Assembly (NCBI GenBank): GCA_964236955.1
Contig: CAXSGP010000075.1
Location: forward strand, 1 to 23,762
DNA: 23,762 nt
Reading direction: 5' to 3'
From: an uncultured Oligoflexus sp.
Lineage (GTDB): Bacteria > Bdellovibrionota_B > Oligoflexia > Oligoflexales > Oligoflexaceae
How positions within the stretch are numbered: the first letter of the stretch is position 1; every line of letters starts with the position of its first letter. The notes under the pieces were generated by a model, which did not search any database, had not been told where the DNA came from, and saw nothing but the letters and a program-made list of their open reading frames with translations. The translations under genes were made by a program, and so were the position numbers. Shown here piece by piece: positions 10,801 to 17,430 of the stretch.

Positions 10801-11647
10801 CTCGTTAAATGTCAGACTCAAGTCGCTAACTCCTTTCGAATGGTTCGACAGCGCCGGCGCGCGATATACGGCGACAGGTAGTGCCAATATTATCGATACC
10901 AACATTGTAAATGGGGTGTCTATCTTTGGCACAAGCGGAATTTATGGGAGCAATTGCACCGGCGATGGCCAGACCAACTGTATGACAACAGCCGTCTATA
11001 AATCGGTGAATACATCGGCTCTGACCGCTTGGGATATTCGCTCAGGAAAGGTCGCCGGAGGCCTAGCAGGAAGTCTGGCTTTATATTCGAACGGCGCCGT
11101 CCTCGGAAGCTTTAACCGGACAACGGGTTCAGGGTCTAATAACAGCACATCCATCGCTGATGTCTACGATACCCTGGAAGATAAAAACAACAGTGGCTCC
11201 CTGCCTGCCACAGCCCCCTCTGGCGATACCATCACAACAGGAACGAATTGGATCAGGGATACCGCCTCCGATACCGACAGCGATGGAACATGTAACGGGA
11301 GTGAAAACTGTGTTTATAAAGACGCTATTACCAATATAAAATGGGCTCGCCTTTCGACCTCTCAGGGCACCTGGGAAACGGCCATAACAAGCTGTACCAA
11401 TGCGAACTTCGGCGGCTATTCCTCGGGCTGGCGTTTGCCTACAGAAAAGGAAATGCTACAGGGCTATATCGATGGTATTCTGGCCAGAAAAAGCAATTTT
11501 TTCAGCGGTGGCCTGACGGATTCCTATTGGACTGCCACCACCTATGCGCAGAACGTGGCAGAGGCCCATACCATGGCTTTTGACGGTTGGGAAAATCGTG
11601 GTACAAAGGCATCAACGAACAACAGCTGGATCTGTGCCCACGATTGA
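4814..11647 (+). CDS. Giant repetitive surface lipoprotein / putative fibre adhesin with C-terminal DUF1566 (Lcl C-terminal, C-type-lectin-like) domain
   Basis: 2277-aa ORF (the start could be the Met at 4844). Lipobox LTA|C, then an IPT/TIG-like segment (GDVINVSGKNL), about 40 C-x7-C repeats, and C-terminal motifs typical of DUF1566: YKDAITNIKW, TWETAITSC, GWRLPTEKEM, YWTAT, WIC. Confidence 0.9.
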   Translation: MGTHSIVKALMTLRLSMGNCLVSLLIGASLLNLTACNSDLMVTSAVNAAGEVGIDSFDKVSAGFGDVINVSGKNLSTGVVAKIGDTDLDFKAISKTKGFFTLPNDIPEGMVKVKFSKNSKDITEMALLVGSDLDKIPVMTVNEDVVCSDIIYKNNSGLVTRGTRMCGQSAACVEEGQTNCLASIDWPAFPKESIADYSTMKKALSQGDAIAGSPCSSSQQMPCMVDGLLYKALEVDSVNAMDIRAGVRIAGIVGTLSNALPTCTTDGQTSCLASPAFPAVDKVNVLQTAVSKIHSSLTIAGVHGALNDCHSDGDQACLASVNFPAVDKLIKLSPLNMTRVRSTLTIAGVPGTLSDCTSDGDGGCVVVGPGFAAASTAGLTAKIISGQNVAGIAGSALVKPADCAVDGGSNCVATTNFPAVDKVVVLSASNLAKIRSSLTIGGAAGTMNDCASDGASGCVAVGPLYAAAITTGAAAKIAAGQTVAGITGTSPTRPSDCTFDGGTGCVAVAAFPAVNAGSAPAKILSGQTLAGISGTAPTRPADCALDGDTACVAVPGFIAANTTGAAAKILTGQTLGGISGSALGRPSDCALSGATNCVAVTNFPALDKLSDLSAINLAKIHSQVTIAGVSGTLTNCAADGATSCLAVTDFPAIDKLTKLSIANKAKIHSSLTIAGIAGTMDDCASDGATECKAVTSFPSAQFSGAAAKISSGQTLAGVNGTSPLKPADCAIDGGINCVAVAGFPAVDKLNKLSTLNAGKIRDSLTIAGVTGTLSSCGTDGEAGCVVMGPTYSAALKTGAEAKILDGQSFAGVIGTAAGKPADCTSDGGVNCVATSNFPAVDKLISLSAANRLKIHSSVHIGGSDGTMESCSVDGETNCMAITGFPAADSASAAGKILTGQTLAGISGSGAGRPGDCATDGGMNCVAVSNFPAVDKLTKLSVANAGKIHSSLSIAGVVGTLNNCGADGQADCLAVAGFPAANISSAAAKILTGQTLAGVAGSAALRPNDCALDGGTACVAVADFPAVDKINKLSLANASKIHSGLTIAGVTGTMASCSADGAIGCMTVAGFPSANSSGAAAKIAAGDVLAGVLGTAGVRPSDCTLDGSTGCVATASYPAAQSAGAAIKIAAGDVLAGITGTAGVRPTDCSSDGGIGCVTVANFPAVDKITKLSVANAAKIRNTLTIAGVAGTMADCSADGAAGCVVVGPSYAAAITSGAGPKILTGQTLAGVGGTATPSPADCALDGGTNCVAVANFPAVNKTISLAAGNLAKIHSSVTIGGVAGTMASCSADGGTNCMASAAYPAADPTGAAAKILTGQVLAGVAGSALLRPGDCAADGGTDCVAISSFPAVDKASKLSIANAGKIRSSLTIAGVTGTLADCSSDGGAGCVVVGPTYAAALTAGAAAKILTGQSVAGLTGTAAGRPVDCGADGGVGCVANAAYPAAGFSGAAAKILSGQTLAGVSGTGAGRPSDCVADGGTDCVAVTNFPAVNRLVNLSATNLNKIHSSLTVGGVAGTLADCSADGATGCLTISTYRAGTYTGAAAKIVTGQTLLGVAGTATPAPVNCSVDGGTNCVAVANFPAVDKLTNLTAANLLKIHATVTVGGVAGTMASCSADGGTNCMAIAAYPAANSTGAAAKILSGQTLAGVAGTGAGRPSDCASDGGTACVAVANFPAVDKATKLSVANAALIRNSLTIAGVSGTLVDCSTDGGAGCVVEGPTFAAALTAGAAAKIISGQSVAGISGTGAGRPVDCSSDGGQGCVSTASYPAANATGAAAKILNAQTLAGISGTAPVKPGDCATDNGVGCVTVAAYPSVVKSNITSNAAKIQSGVTIAGTVGTLADCSSDGGTNCVAISTYPAASSASAPAKILMGQSVAGIAGTASVRPADCATDNGVGCVTVTAYPSVLKSNVTGNAAKIRTGVTIAGTAGTLADCSTDNGTGCVAITAYPSVIKANVIAGVVKTGTTIAGTLGTYPSSTTPLAGADATVDLDTASLNVRLKSLTPFEWFDSAGARYTATGSANIIDTNIVNGVSIFGTSGIYGSNCTGDGQTNCMTTAVYKSVNTSALTAWDIRSGKVAGGLAGSLALYSNGAVLGSFNRTTGSGSNNSTSIADVYDTLEDKNNSGSLPATAPSGDTITTGTNWIRDTASDTDSDGTCNGSENCVYKDAITNIKWARLSTSQGTWETAITSCTNANFGGYSSGWRLPTEKEMLQGYIDGILARKSNFFSGGLTDSYWTATTYAQNVAEAHTMAFDGWENRGTKASTNNSWICAHD
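5327..11070 (+). repeat. Intragenic array of ~40 degenerate repeats (mostly 45-47 aa, 135-141 nt)
   Basis: Consensus C-x-x-DG-x-x-x-C-[VLM]-x4-[FY]PA...KI-x-[ST]-[GS]-x-T-[IL]-AG-[VI]-x-GT. I counted 40 Cys pairs by eye from the translation. The DNA is heavily diverged at third codon positions. Confidence 0.9.
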
Positions 11648-11814
11648 AAGGAGAGCGTTTACGGCCGGTGAAGGCTGCGATCCGATCGCGTAAACGGGTC
11701 TTGCAGCGGCGCGGTAATAGAATCGAATAATATCAAAGCCCATAGCAAAAAAAGCCAAGCGGCCGATGATATCCGTCATGCGGCCGCTCGTCTATGCTCA
11801 GGGGGCGACTCACC

Positions 11815-13137
11815 CTAGGACGCCTCACGCGACAGCGCTTCATGAATCTTCAGTGCCAGCAGTTGATTGAGCCCATGCGAGGTCATGTTGCCCACCACCC
11901 GGCCCCGCAGGCCATAGCCCAAAAGATAGAGGTCGCCCAAGAGATCGAGGATTTTATGGCGAACAAATTCGTCCGGAAAGTTCAGCTTGGTGTTGATGAC
12001 TTTACCGTCGTGAATGATGATATGCGAGTTGAGATAGCCGGAGCCAGCCATGCCGCGTTGCTGCGCAATGTCGATGTTCTCAAAGGTATTGAAGGAACGG
12101 GCCGTTGCGATTTCCTTTTCAAACGAGTGCTCGGCCGGGGAAAACCTAAATTTCTGCTCGAGTATCGGTGCTGGATAATCGACCCGCATCACAACTTCAA
12201 AGCCATCGAAGGCTTCGACATAGACATACTTTTCGCTCTGGATTTCGGTACCGATGATGATCTTCTTGTGAATCACGATATCCATGCGCGCTTTCGGCTG
12301 AACTTCGATCCCTGCGGCGGCGATGATGCGACAGAAATCGGCGGCCGAACCATCGATGTTGGGAATTTCCTCGTCGACCTTAATCGAGGCATTGGTGATG
12401 CCCATCATATGCAGCGCCGCCAGGAGATGCTCTACGGTGCGGATGCGGCGGCCACCTGCGGAAAGTACCGTGGAGTTAGCCATGAAGGCTTTGCCATCGC
12501 TCATTCTATCGATGTTATCGAGAGCCGTGATGTGACCCGGTATGGCTACGCCGTCCAAAGTTCTAAAGATAATTCCGGTGTCGACCGGCGCGGGACTGAT
12601 GATCACGCCGGTCGGTCGACCGCTCAGAAGGCCCACGCCATTCAACACGGCATTCCTGCTCACGGTGCGCTGGGGTTCCTTGGACGGCGAAAGACGTGCC
12701 GCCTCACCTTTCATCAGACTGTCCAGATGCTCCGGGACATCACCCTTTAGGGCTTTGTCGGAGGCTTCCTTTTGCGGCAGATGCACGGCAACTTTTTCCA
12801 AAAGTATATCGAGGTTCAAAGGCTTTTCAAGAAAATCCGAAGCACCGGCCTTCATGGCCTTCACTGCGATATCAATACCAGCATGACCGCTCATGAGAAT
12901 GATGGGGAGGCCGGGATATTCTATTTTTAGTTTTTTAAGGGCCTCCACTCCATCAATACCCGGCAACCAGATATCGAGGAGGATTAGGTCGGCTTTTTCG
13001 CTACGGAGACCCTCTTCGAGGGCCTCGGCGCTGGAAAAGGTAAGGATGCGATAGGATTCATCATCCAGGACGGAAGTGATTGCCGTTAATATCGATTCTT
13101 GATCATCAACGACAAATATAGTGTGGGGATGTGACAT
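11815..13137 (-). CDS. lpxC: Receiver (REC) domain - UDP-3-O-acyl-N-acetylglucosamine deacetylase fusion (~440 aa)
   Basis: ATG at 13137 with AAGGA upstream. REC domain: VVDD, LLDIW, MSGH, DFLEKP. LpxC domain: QRTV..GVGLLSG, TVEHLLAAL, EIPNIDGSA, IATARSF, EFVRHKILDLLGDL, SHGLN. Confidence 0.93.
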   Translation of the reverse strand: MSHPHTIFVVDDQESILTAITSVLDDESYRILTFSSAEALEEGLRSEKADLILLDIWLPGIDGVEALKKLKIEYPGLPIILMSGHAGIDIAVKAMKAGASDFLEKPLNLDILLEKVAVHLPQKEASDKALKGDVPEHLDSLMKGEAARLSPSKEPQRTVSRNAVLNGVGLLSGRPTGVIISPAPVDTGIIFRTLDGVAIPGHITALDNIDRMSDGKAFMANSTVLSAGGRRIRTVEHLLAALHMMGITNASIKVDEEIPNIDGSAADFCRIIAAAGIEVQPKARMDIVIHKKIIIGTEIQSEKYVYVEAFDGFEVVMRVDYPAPILEQKFRFSPAEHSFEKEIATARSFNTFENIDIAQQRGMAGSGYLNSHIIIHDGKVINTKLNFPDEFVRHKILDLLGDLYLLGYGLRGRVVGNMTSHGLNQLLALKIHEALSREAS

Positions 13138-13575
13138 CGCGTTAATTTCCTTTGGCAAAGGGAGGATATCGAATGGTTTGGTTTTCGCCGGATAGCCATC
13201 CGCACTCTGGGCAAAAACCCATAAATCTTAACATAGAACCCAGATCGTGATGATGACTACAAGTGTTCCTTGTGAAGCCCTGTCCCTTTAGTGTGCCATA
13301 TCTACCAAGGCATTGCCATGAAGGAATTCCCTAGGATTAATAGCCAGGCGAAAAACGCCGCAATGACCTGCATGGGCGCCACTTTTCAGGGTCTATGGCA
13401 ATCAGCCGCAAGCAGCTAAAGGATTGCCATTGCAATGACTTAATGGTCAATGAGCACCAAAGAGGCAAAGCCGGTTAAAAGCAAGGGTAAGCGGCCGTGG
13501 GAATCGCTGGCGGTTTCAGGCTGCCATTAGCATACTTAAGGGGTCGGCCGCTGCTTCAGAGAAGGTTCCTATCCT

Positions 13576-14757
13576 ATGCTCTCCCATCCCTTAGCGTTGA
13601 GTGTTGCACCCATGGAAGGCATTAGCACCTTTCCCATGCGTCTGTGGCTCTATATCGTCTCGCAGCCCCAGTTGATGACGACTCCCTTCCTGCGCGTAAC
13701 GAGAGTTCAGCCCGAGCGCGATATTCCCAAGGACTTCGCCCCGGAACTCTATGAATTGCGGGGCATTCTTCCCTATGAATTGACGCCGCAACTGATCACC
13801 GGTGACCCCGAACAATTTCTTCGCGCGGCCGACCTGATACCACCTCTCCTGGCTCCGGTCCTCGAAATCAATTGCGGATGCCCTTCGCCAAACTCCATGG
13901 GGCATCTTGCAGGGAGTGGCATGCTTCACGATAAAGATGCGTTTGGGCGGATGATAGAAAGACTCTCCGACCGGCTTGGGCCGGGACGTCTGGCCGTGAA
14001 AATGCGACTGGGAATTACCGATTCTCAAGAATTCCCAGGTTTATTTCAGGCGATTGCTGACCTGCCTCTGGCGCGATTAACGGTACACGGGCGAACCCGT
14101 GCGTATGGCTATCGGGGACATGCGCGTTGGGAAGACATCGGCGCGGCGGCAAAGAGCGCGCAATTTCCTGTCATCGCATCGGGCGACATATTGGGCAGCA
14201 AGACCTTGGAAGACCTGGGTCATGCGGCGCCGGATTTACGAGGCGCTATGATAGGCCGGGGCGTCCTGCGTAATCCTTGGGTCTTTGAAGAAATCCGCAC
14301 ATCAAAAGCCACCGAGATGGATCTCACGACGCTGGTCCACGCTCTGTTCTGCTATACTCTATTGCAGGAACTTTGGCAGAACCATCCTCAAAAACTTTTG
14401 GCCCGAGTCGCGAGCGGGCGAATTGGAAGTCCCTGCGGAACCTATTTTCCAGCCTGGGAAAAACTTACGGTTGAACTCACGGGCCTGGTGTTTGGCGTTC
14501 CGTTCTTAGTGACGAGAGGATTCAAGTTACCATCGGCAGCGATTTCGGCCGTCGCCTTTGGACGGTTGAAGATTCTTTGGGCCTATCTCCGTTCGGGTTT
14601 GGCGTCGCCGTTCAGCGGCCCATCCCTCGTTCGGGCCAAGGACGTGAGCGGTTTTTTTGAACAGATCCTCGCCAGCGGGGGCGGGGAGCCCCATTCAAAA
14701 ATAAGCATCGGGCATCAAGCCGAGTGGGATACACTTTTCGCTGGTGCCCGAGGCTAA
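13576..14757 (+). CDS. tRNA-dihydrouridine synthase family protein
   Basis: FMN TIM-barrel Dus motifs: APMEG, PQL, INCGCP (catalytic Cys), VKMRLG, VHGRT, ASGDI, MIGRG, NPWVF. Subfamily (DusB or DusC) not resolved. Confidence 0.92.
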   Translation: MLSHPLALSVAPMEGISTFPMRLWLYIVSQPQLMTTPFLRVTRVQPERDIPKDFAPELYELRGILPYELTPQLITGDPEQFLRAADLIPPLLAPVLEINCGCPSPNSMGHLAGSGMLHDKDAFGRMIERLSDRLGPGRLAVKMRLGITDSQEFPGLFQAIADLPLARLTVHGRTRAYGYRGHARWEDIGAAAKSAQFPVIASGDILGSKTLEDLGHAAPDLRGAMIGRGVLRNPWVFEEIRTSKATEMDLTTLVHALFCYTLLQELWQNHPQKLLARVASGRIGSPCGTYFPAWEKLTVELTGLVFGVPFLVTRGFKLPSAAISAVAFGRLKILWAYLRSGLASPFSGPSLVRAKDVSGFFEQILASGGGEPHSKISIGHQAEWDTLFAGARG

Positions 14758-14766
14758 ATTGAGGAG

Positions 14767-15063
14767 ATGGGAATGGCGGACGATATAGAGAAGAGCCTTC
14801 GCCGACTGACTCGAGAAGGAGCGGCTTTAGAGGCGCGTAGCAACCTCTCCCGATCTGAAAAAGAGGCTTTAATTGCAGCCGTTGGCGGGCCACGTACCGC
14901 GCGTAGCGTCCGACAGGCGATGCTGACCTTTGCCAAGGAAAGAATCCCTTTTCTGTTTAGCAGCCTTGATCCTCAATCGGTTGCCGATCTCATGGCCAAC
15001 GACGTCGATGCCCTCATAGAGGAGGCGATTGCCAGGACCATGCGCGGTGGCAAAAAGCTTTGA
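14767..15063 (+). CDS. Small hypothetical helical protein (98 aa)
   Basis: Starts 9 nt after the Dus stop. GAGGAG at 14761-14766 is better spaced for the ATG at 14773. Composition is protein-like and amphipathic. Confidence 0.7.
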   Translation: MGMADDIEKSLRRLTREGAALEARSNLSRSEKEALIAAVGGPRTARSVRQAMLTFAKERIPFLFSSLDPQSVADLMANDVDALIEEAIARTMRGGKKL

Positions 15064-15297
15064 TCGCCCTTCCTCGGAGCCGATAGTGCCCGGCCGGCAC
15101 GGAACCGGTTTTAGGATGGCAGCAGGTTTGTCCCGAAATTTCCTGCCCATAAGAAGGGTGTGGAGGGATGGGTTTTAACTTATGAATTTATAATGACAAC
15201 CTTAGAACGATTGCCCCGGCGCAATTGCGCTGATAATTCTAGTCGATTTCGTAAAGGAAATAGTTAAAATGAAGGGACTTTCACGAGGAGGCTATTC

Positions 15298-17301
15298 ATG
15301 CGTTTGTCCCTTTCTATGGTGCTGAGCTCGGTTTTGTTCAGCAAGGCTTTGGTCGCGGCGGAGCCTGCCACAAATGGCGCGCCCTCCTCTGCGATTCCCG
15401 ACCGACGGGAATTTCCTGTCAATGAATCGAAGAATCCTTGCGATAATTTTTATGAATACGCCTGCTCCAACGTCAACAGCAGTTTTAAATTACGGGATGA
15501 TCGAAGTTCCCACACTTTCTCCTTCTCGGATTCCCATGAACGTCTCCTTGAGAAAAAGAAGTCCTATCTCAAGGAAATCGGTGCTAAAAAAGCTGCCAAG
15601 AGCCCCTTGAGTGAACGATCGGATACCCTTGCGACCGTTTACAATGCTTGTATGAATCCTGATGCCCGCAAAATTGAAGAGCAGGCCATGGTCAAAGATA
15701 TGCTAGCTGAACTCGGTGGCATTAAAACTCATGAGGCTTTTCAGGAATTCTTGATACGTCAGGATGAAAGGGGCCGACCTTCGTTTATCGGCGTTGATAG
15801 TATGGCGAACCTTGATAAGCCGGAGCTAAACGATTTCGCCATGTTCGCCAGCATGAAAACTTTGCCGGAACGTTCGTATTACTTAAATAAATCCGTCGTC
15901 AAGGACTACGATGAGCTGCTCCGGTTGTTCTTCACGACCTTGGGCGACAGACAGGCGAAACAGAAGGCCGCAGCTGTCATTAAACTTGAAACCGAGTTTG
16001 CCAAGGTCGATCCCTTACCGGCGGAGAAGCGAGACCTCTATACCAAGCGCACCAGTATCACCAAAGAAAAGCTCCTTGAAACTTATCCCAATCTCCGCCT
16101 CAACACTTTGATTGCCAAGGTACCCGATGCCACCTTGATCCGGCACATTATTCCCAAAAGCTATGCATTTATCGACAAACAGTTAAAAACCGCCAGTCTC
16201 GACGATCTCAAGGCGCTTTACCTGTTTGAAAGCCTGAATCTCATCATGGATGATGCTTATCCTGAGTTCTTCAAGGCCTCGTTTGATTTTGAGAAAAAGC
16301 ATTTGGGTGGACCCGATACCCGTCCCAGTCGCGACGAACGCTGTACGATGATGGTGATGGGCCGCTATGAGAAAGAGATCGATGCCGAAGTGCTGCCGCT
16401 GGTCTTTCCCAACTTCCCTCAGGAAAAATTCATAGCCTTGGCGGAAAAGGTACGCGCGTCCATTATCGATGGCGTCAAGACCAATGACTGGCTGTCGGAG
16501 CAGGGCCGTAAGGGTGCTATCGAGAAAATGACCAAGGCCAAACTTCAACTCGTCAAACCGCAGACGGAAGAAGATTGGTACTTCAACCCGAAACTCAGCT
16601 ACAGCATCGATCGCCCTCTCGAAAATGCTGAAAAACTAGGCCATGCCTTTCAGATGCGAATGTTTGACGAGCTTAAGACAGTTCGCAACCGAAATCGTTG
16701 GTACATGGGCCCTTTGACGATAAACGCCTATTATTCGGCGGAAGATAACCAATTTGTTATGCCTGTTGGTATTCTGCAGTATCCCTTCTATGATCCAAAC
16801 CTCCCCCTCGAGGTGAATCTCGGGGCTGTTGGTGCGGTGATCGGTCATGAGCTGGGTCACGGTATCGACGATCAGGGCGCGCAGATGGATGCCGATGGTA
16901 AACTCAGACAGTGGATGACCGATAAGGATGTTAAGACCTTTCAGGCACGCGGCAAAAAGTTTATCGAGCAATTCAATAAAATCGGCCACGATGGAAAACT
17001 CACTCTTGGTGAAAACATTGGTGACCTCACGGGTGTGACCTTTGCTTATCGGGCAGCCTTTCCTGACGGAAAAGGCAGCGTGCAGCAAAAGAAGGATTTT
17101 TTCACCCAATATGCCCGTGTCTGGTGTTCGGTGGAACGTCCGAAGTATCAGGAACAAAAGTTGAAGACGGACCCACATTCGCTCGGCTACGCCCGGGTCA
17201 ATGAGCAGGTTAAAAACCAGCCGGCCTTCGCCGAAGCGTTTTCCTGCAAAAAAGGCGATAAGATGGTTCTTGATCCAAAGGATATCGTCAGTATCTGGTG
17301 A
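15298..17301 (+). CDS. Secreted M13 family zinc metallopeptidase (neprilysin/ECE/PepO-like)
   Basis: GAGGAGG RBS and a signal peptide. Motifs PCDNFYEYAC, INAYY, VIGHELGH (HExxH), GENIGD, DPHS, RVN. Confidence 0.95.
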   Translation: MRLSLSMVLSSVLFSKALVAAEPATNGAPSSAIPDRREFPVNESKNPCDNFYEYACSNVNSSFKLRDDRSSHTFSFSDSHERLLEKKKSYLKEIGAKKAAKSPLSERSDTLATVYNACMNPDARKIEEQAMVKDMLAELGGIKTHEAFQEFLIRQDERGRPSFIGVDSMANLDKPELNDFAMFASMKTLPERSYYLNKSVVKDYDELLRLFFTTLGDRQAKQKAAAVIKLETEFAKVDPLPAEKRDLYTKRTSITKEKLLETYPNLRLNTLIAKVPDATLIRHIIPKSYAFIDKQLKTASLDDLKALYLFESLNLIMDDAYPEFFKASFDFEKKHLGGPDTRPSRDERCTMMVMGRYEKEIDAEVLPLVFPNFPQEKFIALAEKVRASIIDGVKTNDWLSEQGRKGAIEKMTKAKLQLVKPQTEEDWYFNPKLSYSIDRPLENAEKLGHAFQMRMFDELKTVRNRNRWYMGPLTINAYYSAEDNQFVMPVGILQYPFYDPNLPLEVNLGAVGAVIGHELGHGIDDQGAQMDADGKLRQWMTDKDVKTFQARGKKFIEQFNKIGHDGKLTLGENIGDLTGVTFAYRAAFPDGKGSVQQKKDFFTQYARVWCSVERPKYQEQKLKTDPHSLGYARVNEQVKNQPAFAEAFSCKKGDKMVLDPKDIVSIW

Positions 17302-17319
17302 TGTTCCGAACTGGGAAAG

Positions 17320-17357
17320 TGGCCTGTATCCCCGGCAAGGGTGCAGGCTGTTTTTTT
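17320..17357 (+). terminator. Rho-independent terminator after the M13 peptidase
   Basis: TGGCCTGTATCC-loop-GGGTGCAGGCTG stem (with G-U pairs) followed by T7. Confidence 0.7.
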
Positions 17358-17430
17358 CGTTGGAACGGGCTGGGCCGCCTGCCAAGGAATTGTAGAGCGC
17401 CGGGGGCAAACCCTTGGCTTTGGAATGGCT

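Noticed and set aside
4654..10932. Many antisense and alternate-frame ORFs over the giant repeat gene
   Set aside because: Shadow ORFs caused by Ala/Gly/Thr-rich repetitive codons. They mirror the repeat periodicity and lack independent signals.
5327..11070. CRISPR-like or DNA-level tandem repeat array
   Set aside because: The periodicity is conserved at the protein level with diverged third positions. There are no identical direct repeats with unique spacers and no cas genes.
11500..11800. Complete diversity-generating retroelement
   Set aside because: No reverse transcriptase, Avd or template repeat in the window. Kept only as a low-interest remote-target hypothesis.
11794..12750. 318-aa plus-strand ORF
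   Set aside because: Lies antisense and codon-aligned to the clearly conserved lpxC domain, with no motifs. Typical shadow ORF.
13450..13530. 26-codon ORF MSTKEAKPVKSKGKRPWESLAVSGCH upstream of dus
   Set aside because: No clear RBS and too short to support without conservation or ribosome profiling data.
15079..15086. GCCGATAG sigma-28-like -10 box upstream of the M13 gene
   Set aside because: No matching -35 element at the 15-nt spacing.
16636..17409. 257-aa minus-strand ORF just downstream of modB, considered as a possible modC
   Set aside because: Antisense to the M13 catalytic domain, with no Walker A/B or ABC signature.
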